Of a stretch of 64,000 nt of DNA, positions 53,359 to 63,471 are shown piece after piece. Source of the DNA: Candidatus Zhuqueibacterota bacterium. GTDB lineage: Bacteria > Zhuqueibacterota > Zhuqueibacteria > Thermofontimicrobiales > Thermofontimicrobiaceae. The stretch is from positions 188,858-252,857 of the forward strand of contig JBMOPW010000034.1 of NCBI GenBank assembly GCA_049322915.1. Reading direction: 5' to 3'. The number at the start of each line of letters is the position of its first letter. Position 1 is the stretch's first letter. Position numbers and translations under genes: made by a program. Below the pieces are notes generated by a model. That model was not told the origin of the DNA. It did not search any database and saw nothing but the letters and a program-made list of their open reading frames with translations.

Positions 53359-54582
53359 TTATTCGTAACGCAACGCCACGATGGGATCCAGTCGCGCCGC
53401 TTTGCTCGCCGGGTATGCGCCGAAGAACAGTCCAACGAAACTACAAAAGCCAATTCCCAGGAAAATCGCCCAAATGGGAATATCGGTTGGCAACGGTGTC
53501 ACCGCTCCCACAATAACCCCGATGAGCACGCCGAACAGAATGCCAATGACGCCACCTAGATTTCCCAGAATAATGGATTCTATGATGAACTGGGTGAGAA
53601 TATCTAAACGTCGGGCGCCGATTGCTTTTCGGATGCCAATTTCTTTGGTGCGCTCAGTGACTGAAACGAGCATTATGTTCATGATGCCGATGCCGCCAAC
53701 GAGCAACGAGATGAGAGCGATACCGATCGCAGCGACTTTCACGTACAAGCTCATGTCATTGAAGGTATCAATGAGCGACTCGCTGGTGAAGACTTCGAAA
53801 TCGTTCGGTTTGTCGGGCGGCACTTTTCGCACAGCGCGCAAAATACCGGTAACCTGATCGATCGCTGCATCCATGTAAATCGGATCTTTGACCTGCACCG
53901 TAATATGCAGGCTTCGCCGATCGCCGTAAATTTTATGAAAACTGGTGATCGGCATGATCACCCGGTTATCCTCGCTCTGACCAAAGGTGCTTCCCTGTTT
54001 TTCGAGCGTCCCGATCACGCGCAGTTTATGCGGCCCAACGCGAATGTACTCGCCTATAGGATTTTTATGCGGGAAAAGCACTTCCACAATATCCATTCCG
54101 AGGACAATCACATTGCGATTGAATTCCACATCTGTTTCGCTGATAAACCGGCCCTGATCCACAAAGTAGCTATTGGCCACCTGAAATTCCTGAGTGGCGC
54201 CCAGAATGACCACATCAGGATTGGTTTTCTTGTCCTCATATTTAATGATCTGACCCCAGGTATAGGTTTCCGGGCCCACTGCTTTCACCAGCGTCCCATG
54301 CTCTTTAATCGCCCGGGCATGGTCCATGGTAATCGCTTTGCGGTTGCGATACTTTTCATCGAGATGCCCCATTTGAATGGGCGGGTCTTTCTGAATCTGA
54401 AAAGTATTCGTCCCCAAAACGCTCAGTTCACTCACCATGTAATTCTGTAGCCCCTGAATTATGGACATCATCCCAATGATCGTGGCGACGCCAATCACAA
54501 TGCCCAACGTGGTCAATGCTGACCGCATTTTGTTCGAGCGAAGGGCATCCACTGCTACTGATAGAGTTTCTCGTATATCCAT
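53359..54582 (-). CDS. ABC-transporter permease, MacB/FtsX-like (second of two)
   Basis: 407 aa with an N-terminal TM, a periplasmic MacB-type domain, and a C-terminal FtsX module: [28 protein letters not shown]...[11 protein letters not shown]. Confidence 0.9.
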   Translation of the reverse strand: MDIRETLSVAVDALRSNKMRSALTTLGIVIGVATIIGMMSIIQGLQNYMVSELSVLGTNTFQIQKDPPIQMGHLDEKYRNRKAITMDHARAIKEHGTLVKAVGPETYTWGQIIKYEDKKTNPDVVILGATQEFQVANSYFVDQGRFISETDVEFNRNVIVLGMDIVEVLFPHKNPIGEYIRVGPHKLRVIGTLEKQGSTFGQSEDNRVIMPITSFHKIYGDRRSLHITVQVKDPIYMDAAIDQVTGILRAVRKVPPDKPNDFEVFTSESLIDTFNDMSLYVKVAAIGIALISLLVGGIGIMNIMLVSVTERTKEIGIRKAIGARRLDILTQFIIESIILGNLGGVIGILFGVLIGVIVGAVTPLPTDIPIWAIFLGIGFCSFVGLFFGAYPASKAARLDPIVALRYE

Positions 54583-54729
54583 AGTGATATTCTAATCTTC
54601 CGTCACTAAATTTAACTGTTCAAACGCGTGTATTTGGCTAAATTGCACCGTCGCGATTTCCGAAAAAAGCGATTCATTCAAAGCCAAACATTTCTGCATA
54701 CGATATGTATTTCGCTCGCAGAGAGCGGA

Positions 54730-55956
54730 TTACTCGTATCGCAGCGCTTCAATGGGATCCAGTCGTGCTGCTTTGTAAGCCGGAAATATCCCAAAGAATA
54801 TTCCCACCAATCCGATAAACACCAGTCCAATGGTGATGGATACCGGCGATACTGAAGCGGATAGGAATGTGGACGCCGCTACAGCCTTGGCCACAGCAAA
54901 TCCCAAAATTATACCGATGATTCCGCCGAATGCACTGACAGCGAGCGCCTCAATGAGGAATTGCGTGAGTATATTCCGGTTTTTCGCACCAATGGCCTTG
55001 CGGATGCCAATCTCGCGCGTCCGCTCAGTCACCGACACCAGCATGATGTTCATGATGCCAATCCCGCCGACAATCAGCGCTATGGAACCAACGCCAAACG
55101 CCACGGCATAGAGCGCCGTGGTGAGATTTTTATACATGTCCGCGATCATATCCTGTTGGTTGATGGCGAAATCATTTTCCTTCCAGGGCGGTACTTTGCG
55201 CACGCGACGCATGATGCCGGTGAGTTCGTCCTTGGCATCCTCGATCAGACTGGCATTGACGACTTTCACTTCAATCGTCACCCATCGTCGTGAACCATAC
55301 AGCTTTTGGAAAATGCCGATGGGGATGATGATCTCCGTATCCAGGTTATGGCCGAAGAGACTTCCCCGTTTTTCAATCACCCCGATGACGCGAAATTTAT
55401 GTGCCCCGATTGTGATCCTTCGGCCCAGGGGATTCGCCTTTTTGAACAGCTTATCGGCAACTTCCCAACCGATGACGCACACTGCGCGCCGATGCTCCAC
55501 GTCCGTAACAGACAAAGGGCGCCCAGACTCCGGAACGATATTGGCCGTCTCCCGGTAGTCTTCGGTCGTGCCGGTAATTTCAACATTGGTCAATTTTTCG
55601 CTTCCGTATTTCACTGCCCTGCGCGCGGAAACCGATGGCGCCACGGCTTTCACCAGAGTGGCGTGTTGCCGGATTGCGTCCGCTTCCTTCAGCGTGATAT
55701 CCTTTCGGTTTCGTGCTTCCAACCAATCGGAACGGGAGAACCAGGCGAATTTCTGGATGTACAACGTATCCGAACCCAGGGCTGAAATAGATGTATAAAA
55801 TGCGTCGTTCAATCCCTCGATGATGGAATGGATGCTGATGACAGTCGTAATGCCAATGACAATTCCCAGCGTGGTGAGAAACGTCCGCATTTTATTCGCT
55901 TTCAACGCCTGACCGGCTATTTTCAGGCTTTCGATGAATTCAATAAAAAATTTCAT
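54730..55956 (-). CDS. ABC-transporter permease, MacB/FtsX-like (first of two)
   Basis: 408 aa, paralogue of 53359..54582 ([18 protein letters not shown]...RLDPIEALRYE). Confidence 0.9.
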   Translation of the reverse strand: MKFFIEFIESLKIAGQALKANKMRTFLTTLGIVIGITTVISIHSIIEGLNDAFYTSISALGSDTLYIQKFAWFSRSDWLEARNRKDITLKEADAIRQHATLVKAVAPSVSARRAVKYGSEKLTNVEITGTTEDYRETANIVPESGRPLSVTDVEHRRAVCVIGWEVADKLFKKANPLGRRITIGAHKFRVIGVIEKRGSLFGHNLDTEIIIPIGIFQKLYGSRRWVTIEVKVVNASLIEDAKDELTGIMRRVRKVPPWKENDFAINQQDMIADMYKNLTTALYAVAFGVGSIALIVGGIGIMNIMLVSVTERTREIGIRKAIGAKNRNILTQFLIEALAVSAFGGIIGIILGFAVAKAVAASTFLSASVSPVSITIGLVFIGLVGIFFGIFPAYKAARLDPIEALRYE

Positions 55957-56074
55957 AGAATAATCTATTCCAAATATTTTAATATTTCAAGGAAAATTTT
56001 TTCCAGGCATCGGCAGTCAGTGGGTGGCAGCCTGGTCATACGATTTGACACTGTAAATCAGTCAGGTCTTGGTG

Positions 56075-56755
56075 TCAGGCAAGTGATTCATCGCGTTCAA
56101 TTTTACCATCGCGCAAACGAATGATGCGGTTGGTATGCTCGGCGATATATTCCTCATGCGTCACCAGAATGATCGTATTGCCCTGATCGTGCAGATTTTC
56201 GAAAATTTCCATGATCTCTTCCCCGGTCCGGGTATCCAGGTTGCCGGTGGGTTCGTCCGCTAAAATGATGCGCGGATTATTCACCAGGGCGCGGGCAATA
56301 GCCACACGCTGGCGCTGACCGCCGGAGAGTTCATTGGGGCGGTGATTCACACGCTCGCTAAGGCCGACGCGTTCCAACGCTTCCTGCGCGATCCTCCGAC
56401 GTTTTGTCGCAGGAGTACCATTGTAAATCAAGGGCAATTCCACATTATGCAACGCCGTCGCGCGAGGCAGCAGATTGAACGTCTGAAAGACAAAGCCGAT
56501 TTCTCTGTTGCGGATTTCCGCCAGTTGATCATCGTTCATTTCACTGACTAGCTCGTCCACGAAACGATACACACCGGAGGACGGCGTATCAAGGCAGCCT
56601 AAAATATTCATCAATGTCGATTTGCCAGAACCGGACGGTCCCATGATGGCCAGATATTCGTTCTCTTTGATGTTCAGCGAAACGCCCTGTAACGCATGCA
56701 CTTTCTCAGTCCCCACCTGGTACACCTTTTCGATATTTTCAATTGAAATTATCAT
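56075..56755 (-). CDS. ABC-transporter ATP-binding protein (MacB/LolD-type)
   Basis: 226 aa with Walker [10 protein letters not shown], signature [15 protein letters not shown], and Walker [12 protein letters not shown]. Confidence 0.95.
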   Translation of the reverse strand: MIISIENIEKVYQVGTEKVHALQGVSLNIKENEYLAIMGPSGSGKSTLMNILGCLDTPSSGVYRFVDELVSEMNDDQLAEIRNREIGFVFQTFNLLPRATALHNVELPLIYNGTPATKRRRIAQEALERVGLSERVNHRPNELSGGQRQRVAIARALVNNPRIILADEPTGNLDTRTGEEIMEIFENLHDQGNTIILVTHEEYIAEHTNRIIRLRDGKIERDESLA

Positions 56756-56785
56756 TGTTCATTCCTCGAAGAAAAAAAATTTAAA

Positions 56786-58036
56786 TTAGGATTCGGACGG
56801 CGCTTTGGTTTTATCGGTTATTTTCACCGCATCGCCATTTTTCAGCGTCTTGGAAAGAACGCGATAACTGCCGGTAACAACCTGCTGTCCTTCATTCAAA
56901 CCGGATTTTATCTCAATGTCGGTGTCATTTCCAATACCGGTCTTGACAGGAATCGCTTTTACTTTGCCATCTTCAACCACAAATACGACCTCAATCAGGT
57001 TCTCATCTTTCTTGGCATCATCGGTTGTCTTCTCGCCCTCTGTCGCGGGTTTCGAGACTTCCCTGGTACTGGCTTTGGAAGTGTTTTTATTCGTCCCATC
57101 CAACTCGTTTTTATCGCGGACAGTGACTGCCTGGATGGGTACGTGAACCACATTGTAGCCGGTTTCTGTCCGGATATCGACTGTGGCGGACATCCCCGGT
57201 CGGATGGTCTCGACTGTGTCGATGATGGTGATCTTCACTTCGAAATTCGTGACTTCTTCCTGTGTGCCGCGGCCTCGCGTCGTTGCTGTGTAAGCGCGTT
57301 CTGTAACAACGCCCCGAAACGTGGTATCCGGAATAGCGTCCACTTCGATGTCCGTGGTATCGCCTTCGGTCACTAATACCACATCGTTTTCGTCCACTTC
57401 TGCCAATACTTCCATTCGCGACAGGTCGGACAGAACCATGATAACATCCGCCTGGAACATGGAGCCCAGCGCAATTTCTCCAACTTCTTTGTTGCGCAGG
57501 GTCACGGTGCCATTGATCGGCGAATACAGTTTCGTTTTAACCTGGTCATCTTCCGCCTGACTCACTCCGGCAGCGGCCTGATCCACTTGACTTTCCGACA
57601 ATTTCAAATTGGCTTCAGCGTCTTCAAGCTGGGCGCTGGAAGTGAGATTCTGATTGAACAGATCTTTGATGCGGTTGTAATCGTTCTGAGCTTTTTTCAA
57701 ACTCGCTTCAGCAGATTTTTTAGTGGAAAGCGCCCGCTCCACAGCAGCGCGGTATTTGGTTCCATCCAGTTCGACCAATAGCTGGCCCTTGCTGACGGCA
57801 TCACCTTCTTTCACGTATATGCCAATGATTTCAGCGCTGACATTCGCTGAGATATTCACTTCGGTCTGGGATTGTATTTTGCCAGACGCAGACACGACTT
57901 GCGTGATGTCCCCTTTTTTTACTTTGTCCACCTGTACCTGAATTTCATTGCCACTGCGTTTTTTCAAATTAATAATGATGAAAATGACGATGACAAGCAC
58001 GACTCCAAGCACAATAAACAGTTTCTTTTTCGACAT
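56786..58036 (-). CDS. Periplasmic adaptor (membrane-fusion protein, HlyD/MacA family)
   Basis: 416 aa with an N-terminal TM, a lipoyl-like segment, a coiled-coil hairpin (AEASLKKAQNDYNRIKDL...AEANLKLSESQVDQAAAG), and a beta-barrel region. Confidence 0.88.
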   Translation of the reverse strand: MSKKKLFIVLGVVLVIVIFIIINLKKRSGNEIQVQVDKVKKGDITQVVSASGKIQSQTEVNISANVSAEIIGIYVKEGDAVSKGQLLVELDGTKYRAAVERALSTKKSAEASLKKAQNDYNRIKDLFNQNLTSSAQLEDAEANLKLSESQVDQAAAGVSQAEDDQVKTKLYSPINGTVTLRNKEVGEIALGSMFQADVIMVLSDLSRMEVLAEVDENDVVLVTEGDTTDIEVDAIPDTTFRGVVTERAYTATTRGRGTQEEVTNFEVKITIIDTVETIRPGMSATVDIRTETGYNVVHVPIQAVTVRDKNELDGTNKNTSKASTREVSKPATEGEKTTDDAKKDENLIEVVFVVEDGKVKAIPVKTGIGNDTDIEIKSGLNEGQQVVTGSYRVLSKTLKNGDAVKITDKTKAPSES

Positions 58037-58072
58037 AAAACACTCCTGAAAGAATCGTTTGAATACCTGAAT

Positions 58073-59386
58073 TTACCATGATAATTCACCAGTGGCTAAA
58101 TCCAGAACAGCCACTGCATATTTATAATCGTAAATAGCCTGAATGCGATCTACTTTCGCGCGGTTCAGGGATGCGTGCGCGGTGTTTTGATCGAGCAATG
58201 TCCCGGCGCCGATTCGGAATCGTTCGCTGGCCAGCCGATAATCTTCTTCCGCGGATGTTACATTTTCCTGAGTGGCCTGGATCTTTTCAGCCGCTTTTTC
58301 AATTTCCAGTAACGCGCTCCGCACATCGAGCGTCACCTGGCGTTTTGCCTGCTCCAGATCAGCTTCCGCGGCAATCACTTCCGCTTTAGCGCTGCTCACC
58401 CCGGCTTTGGTCTGAAAGCCATTGAATAAATTCATGCTCATGCTCAGTCCGAGGCTGTAGGTATCGAACTCCGTGATGTCGCGTTGTTGTTCCGGCAATT
58501 GCACATCCCACCAGCTATAGGAAGCTGAGAAAGACACCGTCGGATAATACGAGCTCTGCTGCAACCTCACCCCGGCTTTGGCCTTGTCCAGTTTATTGGT
58601 GTATGATTTGTAATCAAGGCGGTTTGCCAGCGCTTTTTCCATGGCGCGATTGAAATCCACTTTCAGCGCTTCAATATCGCCGTCGATATCTTCCGGAACC
58701 ACTTCGATCTCATTGCTCACATCGACACCCAGAATGTGATTCAAATTGATTTTCGCTGTGATGACGCTGTTTTGCGCCTCGATGACTGCCAGTTTGTTTT
58801 CCCCGTATATGACCTTTTGCTGATAGACTTCTGCCCGGGAACTGGTGCCAATTTTTTCCATGGCCTCAATGCGCTTCAATTCATCCAGACTGGTCTGCAG
58901 CGCTTCATCGGCGACGAGCGCCAGTTGTTTCGCCTTGAGAACGTTGTAATAATACAGTTTTACATTGAGCACAACGGACTGCTTCGTCCAGCCCAGATTA
59001 TTCTCATATTGCTGCTTGTCGGCTTCGCCCTGGCGCAGACTGGCAACGTTGCGGAAGCCGGTGAAAATAGGCTGCGAGAGGCTGAATTGGTACGCATACG
59101 ATTCTTTTGAGGCCACCAGTTGATCGAACCGAATGGTGTACATCTCCTGTTCTCTGCGATTCCATTGGCCGTAAAAGTTCACCTCCGGCATGAAATTCCC
59201 CCGGGCGGATGTGAGTCCGGCGTCAGCCATTTTTTTATAACTCTCGGCAGACACAATGCTGGTGTTGTTTTCAAGAGCGATTTGAATGCAATCTTTCATT
59301 GTCAACGTTTTCTTCTCCTGCGCGTGCAATGAAAATGACAGGCCGAAGAAAAGAACTAGCAATAAAATCCAGCTAAAACGCTTCAT
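58073..59386 (-). CDS. TolC-family outer-membrane efflux channel
   Basis: 437 aa. Signal peptide, then LTMKDCIQIALENNTSIVSAE and two repeated coiled-coil/beta segments. Confidence 0.9.
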   Translation of the reverse strand: MKRFSWILLLVLFFGLSFSLHAQEKKTLTMKDCIQIALENNTSIVSAESYKKMADAGLTSARGNFMPEVNFYGQWNRREQEMYTIRFDQLVASKESYAYQFSLSQPIFTGFRNVASLRQGEADKQQYENNLGWTKQSVVLNVKLYYYNVLKAKQLALVADEALQTSLDELKRIEAMEKIGTSSRAEVYQQKVIYGENKLAVIEAQNSVITAKINLNHILGVDVSNEIEVVPEDIDGDIEALKVDFNRAMEKALANRLDYKSYTNKLDKAKAGVRLQQSSYYPTVSFSASYSWWDVQLPEQQRDITEFDTYSLGLSMSMNLFNGFQTKAGVSSAKAEVIAAEADLEQAKRQVTLDVRSALLEIEKAAEKIQATQENVTSAEEDYRLASERFRIGAGTLLDQNTAHASLNRAKVDRIQAIYDYKYAVAVLDLATGELSW

Positions 59387-59422
59387 GGTAACTCCTGTTC
59401 TTGTAATTTCTATTCAATTTTT

Positions 59423-60136
59423 TCATGCAAATATTTTCATCAGCGTGGCGGAAATCAGCACGTAAATGCCGAAAAGCACTACCATCACCCACGCCGATTT
59501 TTTCATGCTGAATTTGTACAGCACCGAAAAGGCGATTGCCAGCAATGCGAAATGCCATATCGAAAATATTTCAATTGATTTGAGAAGATAGTAGAGAAAT
59601 GATTTCGACGCATCGGCGGGCATCAGCATGGCCAGACTGAAGGAGATATCGGTTGTATTTTTGCTCAGAATGAGCGGCAACTTGACCAACATGCCCAGAA
59701 TGCCAATCAATGAAGTATACAGATAAACCGAAAACATTTTCAAAAATGTCGTCTGTCCGCCCAGGATGAAATTGCCAATGAAAAGGAAAATCGCCGACAT
59801 CAAAGCAAGGATGAGCCCGGTTCCGACGGCTGCGCCGATTGGGCCAATAATTTTTCCAAACTTCTCCCCCATGGCTAACGCCGCGTCAATTTGTTCCGCT
59901 GATTGGCCCTGCTCTTCGAGCTTTTCCCGCTGTTTCTGCATTTGCTCCGGCATGGAAATTGGCAGGGTGATCATCGTGAATGCGACCGTGATCAATACCA
60001 TCACTAACAACGGCATGACCCAGTCCGGTTTTCTGTTGATGCTCTCGTAGGTTTCCCGAGGTGAAAAAAAGATACCCATGAATCGCTGGAAAAAGTTGAG
60101 TTCACGGGTCGGTGTTGACGTACTCACTTCGTTCAT
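59423..60136 (-). CDS. Yip1-domain membrane protein
   Basis: 237 aa. FFQRFMGIFFSPRETYESINRKPDWVMPLLVMVLI followed by 5 TM is typical of the Yip1/DUF1282 family. Confidence 0.65.
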   Translation of the reverse strand: MNEVSTSTPTRELNFFQRFMGIFFSPRETYESINRKPDWVMPLLVMVLITVAFTMITLPISMPEQMQKQREKLEEQGQSAEQIDAALAMGEKFGKIIGPIGAAVGTGLILALMSAIFLFIGNFILGGQTTFLKMFSVYLYTSLIGILGMLVKLPLILSKNTTDISFSLAMLMPADASKSFLYYLLKSIEIFSIWHFALLAIAFSVLYKFSMKKSAWVMVVLFGIYVLISATLMKIFA

Positions 60137-60388
60137 TGAATCCTCCGCGTTTTTAAGTCCAATGCCTGTGACATCTGGTTATGAATTTTTACGATGTGCA
60201 GGCCTGGTTTCGCATCAAGGGAGTAATACCGATGTGCGCTCAAATATGCGAACCAATTTTTTTATGCTGAGTAATAACGGATCAATACTATAAAAGTTTC
60301 AAAATTGACTTTTCAAATCAGTTATATGCAACGAATTTACAGCGCACTCCCCCCCTGCATCTATGCGCTGTTAAAACACACGATGAGG

Positions 60389-61426
60389 TTAATTGTCCTC
60401 TGCGAACGCCTCGACCACAGCCACGGCGTTTTCAATCGGCGTGCCCGGCTGCAATGCTTTGGCAGGCGCAAGAATGAATCCACCGCCCTGTCCCAGATTT
60501 TGCCGGAGCTTGCGCACTTCGTCCCGAATGGAGGCCGGCGTTCCGAATGGGATGGTGCTCTGGCTGCCCAGGCAGCCCCAGAACGCGATCTTGTCACCCC
60601 ACTTTCTCTTCAATTCGTACGGATTCATCCCGGCGGCCTCTGGCTGCACGCTCTCCAGCAGATCAAGTTTTATCTCGATGATGTCAGGAAAAATGTCGGC
60701 GATGCTGCCGCAGCAATGAGAGAACACAAATTTTCCCCGGGCATGCACTGCTTCGTAAATCCTTGCATAGCGATGCTTGAACAAAGCGCGCCATCGATCC
60801 GGGCCGATGATGACGCCTCGCTGATCCCCCCAATCATCGCCGAAAATGATCGCATCCAGTTCCGGCATCACATCGCAGGTGTAGTTGATGTACGCCATGA
60901 ACTGTTGGGCAATTCGGTCGAGAAGCTCTTCGTAAAAGTGCGGCTCAGCGATGACGTCCATCAGCACATTCTCGAACCCCCGAATTCCCCAGCTCGTTTC
61001 GAATAATCCCCAACCGATCCAGGCCACTAAAAAATATTCATCTGAATTGCGCTGAAGGTTCTCCCGAATCTGTTTGATTTCTTCCTCGCTGGCGAAAAAT
61101 AATTCCGGCGCCGGCCAGTCGTAGCCGGCAAAAGAAGGCGTCGCCAACGCTGGCTGTTCCAGATGAAACGGCAGTTGATCCATCCGCCAGATCGACCCGT
61201 ACGGGTCCCGGTGATACCCCTCCCTGTGGGTCGGGATCTTTTTCATCGTGTGCACAATTTCGATTTCAGCAATATATTTTTTCAATCGCCGTTGCCATGT
61301 CCGGTTGCCGAAGTACGCGTTCAGCCTTTCCTCGATATCGCCCTCAAAGGGAAGCGTATAGGGAACAATTCCCGTTTCCCGATGTTGAACCTGATTCAGA
61401 ATTATTTCGCGAGGCGTCATCTCCAT
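60389..61426 (-). CDS. Uroporphyrinogen-decarboxylase (URO-D) family protein, MtaA/CmuA-like
   Basis: ORF 60389..61495, with start probably at M24 (MEMTPREIILNQ). DAIIFGDDWGDQRGVIIGPDRWRALFKHRYARIYEAVHARGKFVFSHCCGS...LESVQPEA is typical of the URO-D fold. Confidence 0.7.
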   Translation of the reverse strand: MEMTPREIILNQVQHRETGIVPYTLPFEGDIEERLNAYFGNRTWQRRLKKYIAEIEIVHTMKKIPTHREGYHRDPYGSIWRMDQLPFHLEQPALATPSFAGYDWPAPELFFASEEEIKQIRENLQRNSDEYFLVAWIGWGLFETSWGIRGFENVLMDVIAEPHFYEELLDRIAQQFMAYINYTCDVMPELDAIIFGDDWGDQRGVIIGPDRWRALFKHRYARIYEAVHARGKFVFSHCCGSIADIFPDIIEIKLDLLESVQPEAAGMNPYELKRKWGDKIAFWGCLGSQSTIPFGTPASIRDEVRKLRQNLGQGGGFILAPAKALQPGTPIENAVAVVEAFAEDN

Positions 61427-61725
61427 CTCTTTCGTTTTGAGCCTGGTGTATTTATTTTTCCTTCGACTTGCAGCCAGCGATTCGCTGATTACCAATGCCA
61501 GCGCACATGTGACATTATTTCACTGCCCGGCATGCGCATTGCCCATTCTCCAATTGCCCGGCTGCACAAACTGACAGCAGAATGTCCCTGCAAAACTAAT
61601 GAATCTAGTTAACTTTTGCAAGGTAAATTTATTTTTTTTGAATCCGATATGAATCTTTTCAATGGTACTGACATCTAAATACGTAAATTCAATTTTATCC
61701 CATTCACTTTTTTAACAAAGGCGCT

Positions 61726-61932
61726 ATGAGCAAATATATCTGGAAAATAGCAGTCGTTCTGGTTGGAGCTGGATTAGGTTATGCCTATTACCATTTCATC
61801 GGCTGCCGTTCCGGCGTTTGTCCCATTACCAGCAATCCCTGGATCAGTACCGGCTACGGTTCACTGATTGGACTGATCTTTGCGTCAGGCACAAAAAAGA
61901 GTCAGCCAAAAAAGGAACAGGAGAAACAATAA
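61726..61932 (+). CDS. Small 2-TM membrane protein with a GCxSGxCPITSNP motif (DUF6132-like)
   Basis: 68 aa: MSKYIWKIAVVLVGAGLGYAYYHFIGCRSGVCPITSNPWISTGYGSLIGLIFASG. Confidence 0.5.
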   Translation: MSKYIWKIAVVLVGAGLGYAYYHFIGCRSGVCPITSNPWISTGYGSLIGLIFASGTKKSQPKKEQEKQ

Positions 61933-62019
61933 ATGGATTCATTGACTCCTATCATTATCTTTGTAGTGTACTTTTTAGTCATGCGGTTCGTTCTCCCCAA
62001 AATGGGAATTCCTACCTGA
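61933..62019 (+). CDS. Possible 28-aa hydrophobic micro-ORF
   Basis: Its ATG directly abuts the upstream TAA (TAAATG). Translation is MDSLTPIIIFVVYFLVMRFVLPKMGIPT*. The only support is the tight coupling and the hydrophobic helix. Confidence 0.25.
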   Translation: MDSLTPIIIFVVYFLVMRFVLPKMGIPT

Positions 62020-62104
62020 ATGTCGAAATCGTGCGACCTTCCGGGAGAACGTCGAAAAGATGAAAACAAAAAAGAAACGAGTGACATTTAAGTGGAGATC
62101 AGCG

Positions 62105-62308
62105 ATGCCGATTTATGAGTATAGTTGCAAAAATTGTGGTTGTCAATTCGATGTGTTCCAGTCCATGGGCGCCACGAACGAAAATTTAACTTGTCCATCC
62201 TGCGGACAGCCAAAACCGGAGCGAATTTTCTCCACATTTGGTTCGGCCGGATCAGGTTCGTATTCCGGCAGCTCCGGCGGATGCAGTTCCAGTGGACCAT
62301 TTACCTGA
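62105..62308 (+). CDS. FmdB-family zinc-ribbon protein (CxxC...CxxC)
   Basis: Within ORF 62060..62308. The canonical start is MPIYEYSCKNCGCQFDVFQSM...LTCPSCGQ, with a Gly/Ser-rich tail. Confidence 0.8.
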   Translation: MPIYEYSCKNCGCQFDVFQSMGATNENLTCPSCGQPKPERIFSTFGSAGSGSYSGSSGGCSSSGPFT

Positions 62309-62372
62309 GGTTAAATAAAAAAGCAGTTAGCTTTTTTAGACATGAAGTAACCAAAATAATTCTGGAGGAGAA

Positions 62373-62972
62373 ATGAAAAAAATTAGTTATACAATGATAC
62401 TTATCATAGTTATGTTGCTGGCCGGATGTTCCGGAGAAACAGACGAGTCCATCGCTCAGAATAAAGTGCAAAAAGTTGATAAGGTGAATGTCGAGAACGT
62501 CGCTTCGAAAAATTTTGTGCTCACTTTTAACCAGGGTTTGGAGAAAGCGAAAAAAGAGAAGAAGAACATGCTCATCGACTTTTACACGGATTGGTGCCAT
62601 TGGTGCAAAGTGATGGATGAGAAAACTTTCAGCGAAAAAGCAGTGGCTGAAAAACTGAGCAATCGGTTTGTCACGGTTCGAATCGATGCGGAGGCCAATA
62701 CAGGGTCTAATTCATTTAAAGGACATACATTCAATAATATGGAAATGACGCGGGCGTTTGGGGTCACAGGATTCCCATCACTCATCTTCATCTCCCCTGA
62801 AGAAGAAGTCATCACGAAAATCCCGGGCTATGTCCCGGCTGAGCAGTTCGCCTACATCCTCGATTATATCGATCAGGAATGTTACAAAAAGCAGATGAGC
62901 CTTGAAGAGTTCATGAAGAAAAAGGGCGAATGCGACGACACAACTGAGAAGCCCAAGTCGGACAATATGTAA
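62373..62972 (+). CDS. Thioredoxin-fold lipoprotein (Thioredoxin_7/DsbD-gamma-like; WCHWC active site)
   Basis: 199 aa with lipobox LLAGC. LIDFYTDWCHWCKVMDEKTF...GVTGFPSLIF is a thioredoxin-like motif with a cis-Pro. Confidence 0.8.
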   Translation: MKKISYTMILIIVMLLAGCSGETDESIAQNKVQKVDKVNVENVASKNFVLTFNQGLEKAKKEKKNMLIDFYTDWCHWCKVMDEKTFSEKAVAEKLSNRFVTVRIDAEANTGSNSFKGHTFNNMEMTRAFGVTGFPSLIFISPEEEVITKIPGYVPAEQFAYILDYIDQECYKKQMSLEEFMKKKGECDDTTEKPKSDNM

Positions 62973-63035
62973 TTCAATGTCCGAATTCAATCCGGACAAT
63001 TCGCGGCTGACGAATCAGTGACCATAATGATTGCA

Positions 63036-63069
63036 GGGACTCCACCGAATAGGTGAGTCCCTTTTTTTA
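63036..63069 (+). terminator. Rho-independent terminator
   Basis: GGGACTCCACC-GAATA-GGTGAGTCCC followed by TTTTTTTA, 64 nt after the stop at 62972. Confidence 0.75.
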
Positions 63070-63471
63070 TCTGTGAAAAATCAGTGCGCTGAATTGCTCC
63101 GGCTCAGCGCTCGCAAAACCGCCCATTGATGGAGATGGGTTCACGCGAAGAAAATCAATTCTGTTTTTATCTGACATCGCTGCCTCAGAAAAACTCCCCT
63201 GCTGACCCTGTTTTTGCCGCCTTTTATGTTCTTCCTTGCTTCCGGCAAAAAAAAATCTTGCTTCATGAGAAATAATTTGTAAATTAATGCTGTGACTATT
63301 CAGGCTTTTATTCTTGCCTCAAAGGCGCCAGGTCACAGAGTTATAAGAAGTTTCCAACTTTTTATTCAATCTTTTAATCCAATAGCGCCGGGAATTGAGT
63401 TGTGGTGGCCGACACGATTTCACCAGGAATAACTTCAATAAAAGTTGACAAATAAATATAGGACATGAAAT

